DNA from: an uncultured Candidatus Rokubacteria bacterium
Lineage (GTDB): Bacteria; Methylomirabilota; Methylomirabilia; Rokubacteriales; CSP1-6
DNA length: 64,000 bases
NCBI GenBank assembly: GCA_963758635.1
Contig: CAVWWD010000008.1
Location: 896,001 to 960,000, forward strand
Direction: 5' to 3'
Numbering within the stretch: the stretch's first letter is position 1; the number at the start of each line of letters is the position of its first letter. Under the pieces are notes generated by a model. That model searched no databases, had not been told where the DNA came from, and saw only the letters and a list, made by a program, of their open reading frames with translations. The position numbers and the translations under genes are program-made. Below, one piece after another: positions 29,899-40,373 of this stretch.

Positions 29899-30149
29899 CT
29901 ACACGAGCGTCCCGGAACTCTTCAGCAGCTCCGATAGCAGCCGGGCGAGCGTCATCCGATCCGCGGCATTCGTCACCGCCTGGCCCTGGCTGAATTGCTG
30001 GGCGCTCGCGTACGTGATGCCCGTTTGCTGCAGTGTCGACACCAAGAGATGGGTATCGATCGGGGTCGTGAGGGAGAAGCGGGCGGCCGTGAGAGCATCA
30101 TTGGGTCCGCCTGCGGTACCTGCGGGCTGACACCCTGCGGCAAGTCCAT
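29899..30149 (-). CDS. small Gln/Ala/Thr-rich protein, putative divergent Reb (R-body) family; one-base frameshift near 30115
   Basis: GGAGGT RBS 7 nt before ATG at 30149 (MDLPQGVSPQV); 251 nt to the TAG, one short of a whole number of codons; the other frame gives TAGGPNDALTAARFSLTTPIDTHLLVSTLQQTGITYASAQQFSQGQAVTNAADRMTLARLLSELLKSSGTLV. Confidence 0.6.
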
Positions 30150-30281
30150 CAGGATAACCTCCCGGAGCCACGAGGTAAAGGATGGCGCTCGGCGACCCAG
30201 CATAGCCGTCTACCGGAGCTGACGCCGGTAGCTGCTAACGGTCCTGCGGCTCTATCGGCGGCTGAACCGACGAGCCTCGCT

Positions 30282-31145
30282 CTAGGCGAGGTCGGCGTGG
30301 GCGCTCACGGCGACCGTGCCTTCCGGCGTGACGGCCCAGAGGTCGCAGGACGTGCCGTCGGGTGAGGGGCGGCCGCGCAGCTCGAAGGGCGCGGTGTCGA
30401 AGAGGGGAGCGCGGGCCTGGGCGCGGTAGCTCACGAGCGTGCGGCCGGGGTTCTGGTCGCGCGCGAAGTCGATCAGGAGCGTGGAGCTGAGCGGCCCGTG
30501 GACGACCAGCCCCGGGTAGCCTTCCTTGTCCATGGCCCAGGCGCGATCGTAGTGGATGCGGTGGCTGTTGAACGTGAGCGCGGAGAATCGGAACAGCAGC
30601 ACGGCGTCGGGCGTGATGCGGCGCCGCCATGGCGCATCGGCCGGCGCCTCCTCGCGCCGGGGCGCCTGGTTGCGCTCCCCCGCCTTCACCTCTTCGCGAA
30701 ACACCGTGCGCCGCTCCTCCTCGACGGCGAGGCCGCCGGGCCCGTGGATCCGGCTCACCACCGTGGCGAACACCAGCGTGCCGGTGGCGCCGTCCTTGGC
30801 CGAGAGGTCCGCGAGCTCGGTCTCGCGGCGAACGGCCTCGCCGATCCGGAGCGGACGGTGGAACCGGAGCGCCTCGCCCGCGAACATCCGGCGGGGCAGG
30901 GGCATCGGCGGGACCACGCCGGTGTCGGCGGGGCTCCCGTCGGGGTGGAGCTGGCCGGGGCGGAAGCGGGGCAGGAAGTAGAGGATCTGCCAGCCCGGAG
31001 GCAGCGGGTCGCCCTCCCGGAGCTCCGGCTCGGGCCGATCGAAGGCCAGGCGCAGGAGGTTGGCCGGGCCGGGGGTCACAACGTCCTCGGCGACGATCCG
31101 GCGGCCGATGTGGGACTTCAGGTCGTCCAGGGTCACGGTGGTCAT
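30282..31145 (-). CDS. MaoC-like double hot-dog dehydratase (mesaconyl-C4-CoA hydratase/HTD2 type)
   Basis: LPPGWQILYF, LPRRMFAG, LFRFSALTFNSHRIHYD, YPGLVVHGPL. Confidence 0.9.
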   Translation of the reverse strand: MTTVTLDDLKSHIGRRIVAEDVVTPGPANLLRLAFDRPEPELREGDPLPPGWQILYFLPRFRPGQLHPDGSPADTGVVPPMPLPRRMFAGEALRFHRPLRIGEAVRRETELADLSAKDGATGTLVFATVVSRIHGPGGLAVEEERRTVFREEVKAGERNQAPRREEAPADAPWRRRITPDAVLLFRFSALTFNSHRIHYDRAWAMDKEGYPGLVVHGPLSSTLLIDFARDQNPGRTLVSYRAQARAPLFDTAPFELRGRPSPDGTSCDLWAVTPEGTVAVSAHADLA

Positions 31146-31256
31146 GGCTCGCGCCTCCTTGGCGATCCCTGCTATCATGCGGCAAACGCCGAGCCGGCGT
31201 CGAACGGCGGAATACCACTCGCGCGACCTTCACGCGCGACCTTCACGGAGGAGAGC

Positions 31257-31847
31257 ATGGCGAACAGTGTCCAGACCCCAAGGGGCGTCAACCACCTCGT
31301 CCTGAACGTCAGCGACATCGAGGTCTCGCACAAGTTCTGGACGGAGGTCATGGGCTTCAAGTGCGTGGCCCAGCTCAAGCCCATCCCCGGTCGGGTGCGG
31401 CCGAACATGCGCTTCTACAGCGGCCTGGACCCGGAGGGCAACGTGACGCACCACGACCTGGCCCTGGCCGAGGTGCCGAAGGGCGGCAACGGCGAGGCCA
31501 GCGGCGAGGTGTGGAACCTCATGCCGCGCCGGATCGGCCTCAACCACGTCGCGATCGCGTGGCCGGACCGCGAGTCCTGGCTCCAGCAGGTGGCGTTCCT
31601 CCAGGAGAAGGGCGTGACGTTCCACCGCCGCATCAACCACGGCATGACCCACAGCGTGTACATCTCCGATCCGGACGGGCACGGGATCGAGGTGCTCTAC
31701 GAGCTTCCGCGCGAGGTCTGGGGCGAGGACATCGACGCCGCCCAGAACTTCTCCGAGGCGCTCCCGACCGAGGGCCCGGAGGCCCTGATCGACCGGACCG
31801 ACTACCCCGTCTTCAACGCGGCCCCCGCGCCCGCCGCGGCCCGCTGA
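31257..31847 (+). CDS. VOC family protein
   Basis: GVNHLVLNVSDIEVSHKFWTEVMG, HHDLAL, GLNHVAI, HGMTHSVYISDPDGHGIEV. Confidence 0.9.
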   Translation: MANSVQTPRGVNHLVLNVSDIEVSHKFWTEVMGFKCVAQLKPIPGRVRPNMRFYSGLDPEGNVTHHDLALAEVPKGGNGEASGEVWNLMPRRIGLNHVAIAWPDRESWLQQVAFLQEKGVTFHRRINHGMTHSVYISDPDGHGIEVLYELPREVWGEDIDAAQNFSEALPTEGPEALIDRTDYPVFNAAPAPAAAR

Positions 31848-31904
31848 TCCGAGCCACGGGGGCGCGGCGGCCCTGAGCGCGCCGCGCCCCCGGTTCCCAC
31901 CGCC

Positions 31905-33092
31905 GTGCGCGTCTTCGTCTTCGACCTCCTGCCGTACAGCGAGCACCTCGATCACCTGAAGGACGGCAAGGAGCTGCCGTGGCCCCTGCCGCGACGGCAC
32001 TTCAAGCCCGACGTGGCGGTGAGCACGTACGCCGAGCACCTCGAGGCCTGGGAGACGCTGGACCGCCTGGGCTTCGACGGCGTGGGCTTCAACGAGCACC
32101 ACACCTCGCCGTACGGGCTCATGAACTCCCCGAACCTCCTCGCCGCCGCCGCCGCGCAGCGGACGAAGCGCCTCCGCCTGCTCGTCTACGGCAACCTGCT
32201 CCCGCTGCACGACCCGCTCCGGCTCGCCGAGGAGCTGGCCATGCTGGACTGCATGTCCGGCGGCCGCATCGTCTCGGGGTTCGCGCGCGGCATCCCGCGC
32301 GAGTACAACGTGTACCGGGTGCCGCTGTCCGAGTCGCGCGCGCGGTTCGAGGAGGCGTGGGAGATCATCCGGCGCGCGTGGACCGAGGAGGTCTTCTCCT
32401 ACACGGGGAAGTTCTGGAGCTACGAGGACGTGGCGATCTGGCCGCGGCCGGTGCAGCAGCCCCACCCGCCGGTCTGGGTGCCGGTCTCCGGGAGCAAGGA
32501 GACGATCGAGTGGGCGGGCAAGCACGACATCCCGATCACCCCGGGGCTCGTGCCCACGCGCGGGTTGCGCGAGGACATCATCCGCTACTACGCGCGCTGC
32601 CTGGCCCAGCACGGCCACCGCCTCACGCCCGGGCACCTGATCATCCAGGCCAGCGCCTACGTGGCGGACAGCAAGGCCCGGGCGGTGAAGGAGGCCGGGC
32701 CCTACACGCTCTACTTCAACCAGACGCTGTTCAGCCACGGCAACGTCAGCGAGGCCAGCCGGCAGCGCGACGCCGGGTACCTGACCGACGCCTCCTTCGA
32801 CTACGTGCGCCCGGAGAACCGCGCCGCCGTCTCCGGCGCGCGCGAGCGCTTCCGCGACATGACCATGGACGACGTCGCGCGCGACGCCGAGCAGATGGCG
32901 TGGGGCGCGCCCGCCGAGGTGCGCGAGCGCATCATCGGCGCGGCGGAGCACGCGGGGGCCGACACCGTGCTCGTGAACATGAATCGCGGCGCGATGCCGC
33001 ACGAGATGTTCATGGAGCAGATCCGCCGCTTCGGCACCGAGGTCCTGCCCGCGCTGCAAGCCCACACGGTGACCGCCGTCCCCCTCGGCTGA
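31905..33092 (+). CDS. LLM-class flavin-dependent oxidoreductase
   Basis: GFDGVGFNEHH, PLRLAEELAMLDCMSGGRIVSGFARG, PRPVQQPHPPVW. Confidence 0.92.
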   Translation: MRVFVFDLLPYSEHLDHLKDGKELPWPLPRRHFKPDVAVSTYAEHLEAWETLDRLGFDGVGFNEHHTSPYGLMNSPNLLAAAAAQRTKRLRLLVYGNLLPLHDPLRLAEELAMLDCMSGGRIVSGFARGIPREYNVYRVPLSESRARFEEAWEIIRRAWTEEVFSYTGKFWSYEDVAIWPRPVQQPHPPVWVPVSGSKETIEWAGKHDIPITPGLVPTRGLREDIIRYYARCLAQHGHRLTPGHLIIQASAYVADSKARAVKEAGPYTLYFNQTLFSHGNVSEASRQRDAGYLTDASFDYVRPENRAAVSGARERFRDMTMDDVARDAEQMAWGAPAEVRERIIGAAEHAGADTVLVNMNRGAMPHEMFMEQIRRFGTEVLPALQAHTVTAVPLG

Positions 33093-33094
33093 CC

Positions 33095-33992
33095 ATGGAC
33101 CGGCGCCGCCTCGGCAAGACCGACATCCAGGCGAGCGTGCTCGGCTTCGGCGGCTCCGAGATCGGCTACCAGGGCGTGAGCGGCCGCACGGTGGCCCGGC
33201 TGCTCGGCGCCGCCATCGACGGCGGCCTCAACGTGATCGACACCGCCGAGTGCTACGAGGACAGCGAGAGCCTGATCGGCAAGGCCCTCGGGGCCCGGCG
33301 CCGGGACGTGTACGTCTTCACCAAGTGCGGCCACGCCGGCGGCTGGGGCCGCGCGGAGTGGCGGCCCGCGCCGCTGCTCGCGAGCATCGAGCGGAGCCTC
33401 GAGCGGCTCGCCACCGACCACGTCGACCTGATCCAGCTCCACAGCTGCTCGCTGGCCGAGCTCGAGCGCGGCGACGTGATCGACGCGCTCGAGCGCGCGC
33501 GCGAGCGGGGGTGGGCCCGGTACGTCGGCTACAGCGGCGACGGCGAGGCGGCGCGCTACGCGGTGGAGACTGGTCGCTTCGACGTGCTCCAGACCTCGGT
33601 GAGCATCGCCGACCAGGAGGCGATCGACCTCACGCTGCCGCTGGCCGTCGGCGCGGAAGATGGGCGTCATCGCCAAGCGGCCGCTCGCCAACGTGGCGTG
33701 GCGCTACGCGAAGAAACCGGACGAGACGTACTACCAGCCGTACTGGTCACGCCTGCGCGCCCTGGACTTCCCGTTCCTGCGCGATGGTGATGAGGCCGCG
33801 GTGGGCGCGGCGCTCCGGTTCACGCTGGCCGTGCCCGGGGTGCACACCGCGATCGTCGGCACCACCCGCCCGGACCGCTGGAAGGAGAACGCGGCGCTGC
33901 TCGCGACGGGCCCGCTGCCCGCCCGCGAGTTCCGCTCGATCCGGGAGCGCTGGCGCGAGGTGGCCAAGCCCTCCTGGGTCGGCCAGGTCTGA
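33095..33992 (+). CDS. aldo/keto reductase; frameshift near 33655
   Basis: RRLGKTDIQASVLGFG, IDTAECY, TKCG, SLERLATDHVDLIQLH; second frame MGVIAKRPLAN. Confidence 0.9.
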
Positions 33993-34001
33993 CGACCGCC
34001 A

Positions 34002-34110
34002 GTCCCCTCTCCCTCTGGGGAGAGGGCAGGGTGAGGGGCGCGACAGCACGCGGCACGTCCGCCCGCCCGCTGACGCCCGACCCTCGCCCCGGCCTCTCCC
34101 GGAGAGGGAG
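34002..34110. repeat. REP-like CCCTCTCCC composite palindrome, copy 2
   Basis: TCCCCTCTCCCTCTGGGGAGAGGGCAGGGTGAGGGG..CCCTCGCCCCGGCCTCTCCCGGAGAGGGA between convergent genes. Confidence 0.8.
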
Positions 34111-34113
34111 CGC

Positions 34114-35563
34114 CTACGCGCGCCGGATCGGGAACGCCGGCGGGATGATGCGGTCGACGCCGGCGCCGTCCCACCGCCAGGCGGACACCTGGCTCCAGAA
34201 GTGGCGCGTGGCCTCGCGTGCCTTGGCGTAGACTTCGGCCTCGTCCATCCGTGTCGCGCGGCCGCCCGACGACCAGCGTCTGGCCGTCCACGATCACCGT
34301 GTCCACGTCGCGGCCGCACGCCCCGTCCACCAGCGCCTTGATCGGATCCGCGTAGAAGGCCGCGCCCATGTGGTCCAGGTCGATCAGCAGGATGTCGGCC
34401 TTGGCGCCGGGCGCGAGGCGGCCGAGGTCGTCGCGGCGCAGCAGCGTGCACGCGCCCAGCGTGGCCGCGTTGTAGACGTCGCGCGGCTGGCCGGCCTGGT
34501 AGTTGGCGTCGGCGACCTTGGCGAGCATGGAGGCCCAGCGGAGCTCGGCCACGATGTCCATCGGGAACGTGTCGGTGCCGATGCTGAGCCGCACGCCGGC
34601 GTCCAGGTAGCGCTGGAAGGACTGGAGCGTGATGGCCATCTTCGCGTACTTGTACGGGCAATGGCCCACGGTGGCGCCGGTGGCGGCGAGCGTGGCGAGG
34701 TCGTCGCCGAACGCATAGTGCGTCCACGGGTGCGCGGTGGTGAAGACGCCGTGGCCGAGCAGCGTCCGGTCGTCGAGGAAGCCGATGTCGGCGAGGAACT
34801 GCACCGGCGTCCGGCCGTGCTCCTCGAAGACGCGCTGGAGCTCGATGAGGTTGCCGCCGGCGTGGGTGTGGATGGGCACGTCGAGGCTCCGGGCCGCGTC
34901 CTTGGCCGCGCGCAGGAGCGGCTCGCTGCACGTCTCCACCTGCGCCGCGTTCAGCATGCCGCGGAGCCGGCCCTGGGCGGCGCCGTCGAACTTCCGGATG
35001 AAGCCCACGGCCTCCTCGAGGCCCCGCGTGCCCGCCGCGGCGTCGGCCTCGTAGTAGAGACGGCCCTTGGCGTCCATGAACGTGTTCCGGTCGCGGAACG
35101 GCGGGCTCCCGTACACGCGCACGCCCACCTGCTCCACGATGCGCGCGTAGCCGTCCCAGTCGCCGCGGAGGCCGCCCACGTCGAGCACGGTGGTGGTGCC
35201 GTTCTTCAGCGCGTGGAGCAGCACCCAGGTCCGCAGCGCCGCGGTGGCCTCGGGGCTCGGCGGGCCGAACTTGCCCTTGAGCGGCGCCGCGAAGGCCATG
35301 TAGTTCGCGGTGCGGTAGTCGTTCTTGGCCATGTCGTGCAGCAGGTAGTCGCCGCCGGGCCCGGTGGGGTGCACGTGGGCGTTGGTGAAGCCGGGAGACA
35401 CGAGCTTCCCGCGCGCGTCGACGCGCGCGTCGGCGGGACCCGTGTAGGGAGCGCCGGCGTGGACGATGCGGTCGTCCTCGTAGACGACGCTGCCGCCCTC
35501 GTGCACCTCGTGGCCGCCGTCCTGGAACGCGACGACCCAGCCGCCCGCGATGTGGGTCTTCAT
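34114..35563 (-). CDS. amidohydrolase (AtzA/TrzA chlorohydrolase-deaminase type); frameshift near 34260
   Basis: PGFTNAHVH, GTTTV, IHTHAG, GTDTFP, GRLAPGAKADI, VDTVIVDG. Confidence 0.9.
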
Positions 35564-35614
35564 GCTCTCGCCTTTCGTGTCGCCGCCTCGGGGGGAGGCG
35601 CGGGGCTCATTGGG

Positions 35615-36676
35615 TCAGAGCCGGGACATCACCCGCTCGGCGAAGTCCTCGATGACGCGGTACTGCCGGTTGAGCGGCGGGTACAGCATGATCTGCCGGA
35701 GGCCCTCGCGCTCCAGCCGGCGCACGCCCTCGGCCAGATCCTCGGGCTGGCCGGCCAGGCACGTGGCGCGGACCAGGTCCGCGGTGACGAAGCGCGCCTC
35801 CTCGGGGTCCACGAAGCTGTAGTGGCTGGCGTGGAGGCGCTGGTGCCGCCGCTCGGGCGGCGCCTGGTTGAGCCAGTCGAGGTACGCCTTCCACACCGGG
35901 CGCGCGTACTCCGGCGGGTCCTCGCCGGTCTCGAGATGCCGGGCCACCAGGTAGTGGAGCCCGGTGATCACGGCGGCGCCGCACTCGCCCACGACGCGCT
36001 CGGAGTCCAGCGCCTCGCCCGGCTCGCACATCGCGATCGTGACCATCGCCGCGGTGTGGAAGTCCGCCGGCAGCTCGCGGCCGGCGCGCGCGGCGCCGCG
36101 CCGGGCGTTGTCCAGCATCGCGGGGACGGCGCCCCCGCGGGGCAGGCCGGAGATGAGCCCGTCGCCGATCTCGCCGGCCAGGGCCTGGGCCTTCGGGCCG
36201 AAGCCGGCCACGTACACGGGGATCGGGTGGTCCAGGTCGATGAAGCGGTGCTCCCGCATCTGGAAGCGCACGGGCCGCGTACGCCCGTCGAGCGTGTAGG
36301 CGATCTCGTCGCCGCGGAGCAGGTCCCGCACCGCGCGCACGTACTCCTTGAACGGGGCCAGCTTCATCGGCTCCTGGCCGAGCATCCGGACCGCGGTGTG
36401 CCCGGTGCCGAGCCCGATGAAGCAGCGCCCCGGCGCGAGGCGGTTGATGGTGGCGATGCCGTTGGCGGCGGCGGGCGCCAGGCGGAGGGCGGGCACGTTG
36501 ACGCCGGTGCCGAGCCGCATCCGCCGCGTCTCGCGCGCGGCCAGCGCGAGGACGGCCCAGCAGTTGGAGCGGATCATCGGGCTGTCCGTCACCCAGCAGT
36601 GGCTGTAGCCGAGGTTCTCCGCGTGGGAGATGTAGCCGATCTCGTCGATCTTGGCGGTGACGATCCCGAAGTCCAT
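35615..36676 (-). CDS. LLM-class oxidoreductase (Mer-like)
   Basis: [50 protein letters not shown]. Confidence 0.9.
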   Translation of the reverse strand: MDFGIVTAKIDEIGYISHAENLGYSHCWVTDSPMIRSNCWAVLALAARETRRMRLGTGVNVPALRLAPAAANGIATINRLAPGRCFIGLGTGHTAVRMLGQEPMKLAPFKEYVRAVRDLLRGDEIAYTLDGRTRPVRFQMREHRFIDLDHPIPVYVAGFGPKAQALAGEIGDGLISGLPRGGAVPAMLDNARRGAARAGRELPADFHTAAMVTIAMCEPGEALDSERVVGECGAAVITGLHYLVARHLETGEDPPEYARPVWKAYLDWLNQAPPERRHQRLHASHYSFVDPEEARFVTADLVRATCLAGQPEDLAEGVRRLEREGLRQIMLYPPLNRQYRVIEDFAERVMSRL

Positions 36677-36698
36677 GGGGTCCTCTGAAAGGCCGCGG

Positions 36699-38265
36699 CT
36701 ACGGGGCCGGCGGCTTGAGGAACAAGCTCACGTCGGTGGGCGTCACGAGGTCCGGCGCGGTCCAGCCGTCCAGGTCGTACTCGGCCATGCACTGCTCGGC
36801 GAAGCGGCGGAAGTCGTCGGTCTGGCCGCTGCCGTGGGCCAGGTTCCACGTGATCCGGCGCACCGTCTCCGGCGAGCCCGCGTAGTTCCGCTCGTACAGC
36901 TCGTGACGGCCGCCGAACTCCGTGCCCATCGCGTCCCACAGGAGCTTCATCAGCTTGATGCGCTCGACCGCGTCGGTGCCGTCGGAGCCGCGCAGGTACC
37001 GGTCCAGGTACGGGCGCAGGGCGGGGGCGCGGAAGTCCGCGGCGTGGGAGTTGATGTAGATCAGGCCGCTGGCGAGGATGCTCTCGGTGAGCTCCTTCAC
37101 GCGCGGATACGCCACCGTCGAGAAGACGCGATACGCCTGCGCGTAGTCGGGATTCGGCAGCACCGCACCGCTCCACGGCACCGGAGCGCGGACCATGGCG
37201 TCGGACAGGCCCCAGAAGAGGTGCCGCCAGGCGATCGCCTCGCCCACCGCGGTCTGCACGGATAGCGCATCCTTCGAGCCCACCGCGTCGACTGCCTTCA
37301 GGAGGAGCCCGGCGATGAAGTCGAGCTTCACGGCCAGGCGCGTGCAGCCGTGGAGCATCGCGCGCGGGTGGAACCCCGAGGCGTGGAAGAAGGCGTTCGA
37401 CTTGGCGAGGTCCTCGTAGATGAACACGTTCTCCCAGGGCACGAGGGCGCGGTCCAGGACGAGGATGGCGTCGTTCTCGTCCATGCGGCTGCTGAGCGGG
37501 TAGTCGAACGGACTGCCCATGACCTCCGCGGTCATCGCGTAGGACGGGCGGCAGATGAGCTTGACGCCCGGCGTGTCCATCGGCGCGATGAAGGTGACCG
37601 CGAACTCCTTCCGCTTGATGGCCGCCGTGCTGGGATGCGCGATGAAGTTCGCGTGCGTGAGGGCGGAGCCCGGTGGCCACCACCTTGGCCCCGCTCACGA
37701 TCAGGCCCGCGTCGGTCTCCTTCTCGACGTGGACGTACACGTCGGACCCCTCGTCGGCGGGGCGATGCCGGTCCACCGGCGGGTGCACGAGCGCGTGGTT
37801 CATGTAGAGCACGCGCTCCTGGGCGTGGCGGTACCAGCGCCGGGCGTTTTCCTGGTACGGCGTGTAGTAGTCGGCGTTGGCGCCGAGGGTGGCGAGGAAC
37901 GCCGCCTTGTAGTCGGGCGAGCGGCCCATCCAGCCGTAGGTGAGCCGCGCCCACAGCGTGATGGCGTCGCGCGCGGCGATCAGCTCCTCGGCGGTGGCGG
38001 AGGCGCGGAAGAAGCGATGCGTGTAGCCGCCCGAGCCGGTGTCGGTCGGGCAGGTGAGGGCGGCCTGCGTGTCCGGCGCGTGGAGCGCGTCGTAGAGGCG
38101 GGCGAGCATCCGGGCCGGGTTCCGGAAGGCCGGATGGGCGGTGACGTCCTCGACGCGCTCGCCGTGGATCCAGACCTCACGCGTGCCGCGGAGGCTCTCC
38201 AGGAACTCGGCGCCGGTGAAGGGCCGGGCGGAAGGAGACGGCGCCGCCCCGTCGGACGCGGGCAT
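36699..38265 (-). CDS. 4-hydroxyphenylacetate 3-hydroxylase family (HpaB/PvcC-like) monooxygenase; frameshift near 37670
   Basis: [63 protein letters not shown]. Confidence 0.92.
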
Positions 38266-38285
38266 CGCTCGGGTTCCCGGCGCGC

Positions 38286-38744
38286 TTACGTCCGGCCCGC
38301 GGCGGCCTGCAGCTCCCGCACGTGCTCGGCCCAGTGGCGAGTGATGCCCTCCAGGCGCTGCCGTACCGTGAGCGTCTCGCCGTTGGCGCGCGCGAAGCAC
38401 GGCCGGTCCAGATCGGGCGCGCCGCGCGCGGCCCGCACGAGCCGCGCATGGGCCAGGCGGAGCTGGGTCAGCAGCTCGTCGAGGCTCTCGCCGGCGTGGA
38501 GATGGCGGCAGACCTCGTTGACCGCGTCGGCGCTGGCCGGCACCGGCCACACCGGCCCGCCCTGCGTGACGGACTCGATGCCCCAGGCGGTGCCGTCGTG
38601 GAAGTAGAGGAAGTGCATGAGGACGTCGCGGGCTTCCCAGCGGTCCACGCGGGCGCGGTTCGCGCGGCCCTGCCCGTCGAAGTAGGCGAAGGTCTCCCGC
38701 GCCACGCGGTCCAGCTCGGCGATGAGCGTGTCCTTGTCGGCCAT
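38286..38744 (-). CDS. DinB/YfiT-like four-helix protein
   Basis: [13 protein letters not shown] and [11 protein letters not shown]is pattern. Confidence 0.7.
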   Translation of the reverse strand: MADKDTLIAELDRVARETFAYFDGQGRANRARVDRWEARDVLMHFLYFHDGTAWGIESVTQGGPVWPVPASADAVNEVCRHLHAGESLDELLTQLRLAHARLVRAARGAPDLDRPCFARANGETLTVRQRLEGITRHWAEHVRELQAAAGRT

Positions 38745-38754
38745 GGCGTCCCCC

Positions 38755-39843
38755 TCAGCTCACCTGGAAGCGCTTGATCGCCGCCTGGTCGAAGGCGAGG
38801 CCGAGCCCCGGCTTCTTCGGCACGAGGATCTGCCCGCCCTCGATGGCGGGCGTCTCCTCGAAGAGCCGGAGCGACCAGGGCATGTACTCGACGGTCAGCC
38901 CGTTGGGCACCGCGGCGACCAGGTGCACGTGGATCTCGGGGATGAGGTGGCTGACCACGGGGAGGTTGAACGCCTCGGCCATGCCCGCGACCTTCATCCA
39001 CTGCGTGATGCCGCCCACGCGCAGCAGGTCGATCATGACGATGTCGACGGAGCGCGCCTCCAGGAGGTGCCGGAACGGCACGATGCCGTAGTGGTACTCG
39101 CCGGCGGCGATGGGCGTGGCGAGCGCGTCGGCCACCCGCGCCAGCCCCGCGAAGTCGTCGTGGGCCACCGCGTCCTCCAGCCAGTAGAGCCCGTAGGGCT
39201 CGATGCGGCGCCCCACGTCGATGGCGTGGTGCACGCTCCAGAGCTGGTTGATGTCGCACATGAGGTCCACGTCGGGGCCGATCGCCTCGCGCATGACCCG
39301 CACGCGCTCCACCGACGCGCCGATGGTGGGCTCGCTCCCGCACTGCATCTTCATCTGGCGGAAGCCCATGTCGCGAAGGCGCGGGCCGGCCTTGGCGAGG
39401 TAGTCGATCGAGTGCGGGCGCATCAGGGCGCCGCTCGCGTAGGTGGGCGCCCGGTCGCGGAGCCCGCCGAGGAGCGCGCACACCGACTGGCCCGCCGCCT
39501 TGCCCCGGAGGTCCCAGCAGGCCATGTCCACCGCGGACAGCGCGAGCGAGAAGATGCCGCCGGGCCCGGAGCTGCCCGCGGCGCGCCGGAGCTTGGCGCA
39601 GATGGCCTCGACGCGCGCCGGGGTCCTCGCCGATCGTGAGCCGACCGAAGTCGTCGACGGCCGTCCGCAGGGCGGGGTGAGCGCGCCGCCGAAGAACGTG
39701 AGGCCGATGCCGACCAGCCCCTGGTCGGTGCCGAGCTCGAGGGTGACGAACTCGCGCGTGTCGGTGGGCGCGGGCAGGCCGACGACCAGGGGATTGTCGG
39801 CGGGCGTGCTGAGCACGCGCGTGGTGACGTGGGTGATCTTCAT
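38755..39843 (-). CDS. mandelate racemase/muconate lactonizing enzyme family
   Basis: ALSAVDMACWDLRGKAAG, KMQ in place of KxK, DINQ, WLED, AAGE, VSH; compensating frameshifts near 39620-39670. Confidence 0.9.
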   Translation of the reverse strand: MKITHVTTRVLSTPADNPLVVGLPAPTDTREFVTLELGTDQGLVGIGLTFFGGALTPPCGRPSTTSVGSRSARTPARVEAICAKLRRAAGSSGPGGIFSLALSAVDMACWDLRGKAAGQSVCALLGGLRDRAPTYASGALMRPHSIDYLAKAGPRLRDMGFRQMKMQCGSEPTIGASVERVRVMREAIGPDVDLMCDINQLWSVHHAIDVGRRIEPYGLYWLEDAVAHDDFAGLARVADALATPIAAGEYHYGIVPFRHLLEARSVDIVMIDLLRVGGITQWMKVAGMAEAFNLPVVSHLIPEIHVHLVAAVPNGLTVEYMPWSLRLFEETPAIEGGQILVPKKPGLGLAFDQAAIKRFQVS

Positions 39844-39888
39844 CGGTTGCGCTCCCAGGAAGATGTGGTCGCCTATACTACCGCCGAT

Positions 39889-40338
39889 TCACGCGCGCGA
39901 GAGCACCTGGTCGATCTCGTCGAGGTGCTCGGCGCGATGATCGGCGCGCGACAGGCTGAGCGGGCCGCCCGCGGCGGCGTTGGCCGCGATCATCTCGTCG
40001 GACAGCGCCTCGACCTTCCGGTCCACCTCGTCGGCGATGGCCAGGCAGACCTCGGCGGAGCGCCGCGGAGCCAGGGCGAGGAACATCGGCTTGGCCGCGT
40101 CGTTCACCCAGAGCACGTCGGGCGGCTCGAGCGCGGGCGGCTTGCCCGAGCGCGCCCACTGGTCGAGCAGCGTGATGATGCGCTGGTCCCAGAACGCCAG
40201 GTGGGCGAGGATGCCGGACACCGTCCAGCCCGCGGACACCGGGCGGGCGAGCTCCGCGTCGCTCAGCCGGGTGACGAGGGCGCGCAGGCGGGCGCGCTCG
40301 GCGTTGTTCCTGGCGACGTAGCCACGATCGACGGCCAT
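39889..40338 (-). CDS. DinB / maleylpyruvate isomerase N-terminal domain protein
   Basis: GWTVSGILAHLAFWD, HRAEHLDEI; GGAGG RBS. Confidence 0.8.
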   Translation of the reverse strand: MAVDRGYVARNNAERARLRALVTRLSDAELARPVSAGWTVSGILAHLAFWDQRIITLLDQWARSGKPPALEPPDVLWVNDAAKPMFLALAPRRSAEVCLAIADEVDRKVEALSDEMIAANAAAGGPLSLSRADHRAEHLDEIDQVLSRA

Positions 40339-40373
40339 TGTCGTGTCCTCCGTGAGGGTGGGTGTGGGGGTGG

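Noticed and set aside
30150..30171. GTG at 30171 as the start of the small protein, as in the ORF track
   Set aside because: It has no RBS, whereas ATG 30149 has GGAGGT at ideal spacing; it is not fully excluded without reads
30232..30277. attC-like site bounding the methyltransferase island
   Set aside because: It has GCTAAC and GCTGAACCG fragments but no complete palindrome, and no matching core site at the other end of the island
36699..38265. Paerucumarin (pvc) or complete hpa pathway
   Set aside because: No isonitrile synthase, HpaC-type reductase or ring-cleavage genes are adjacent
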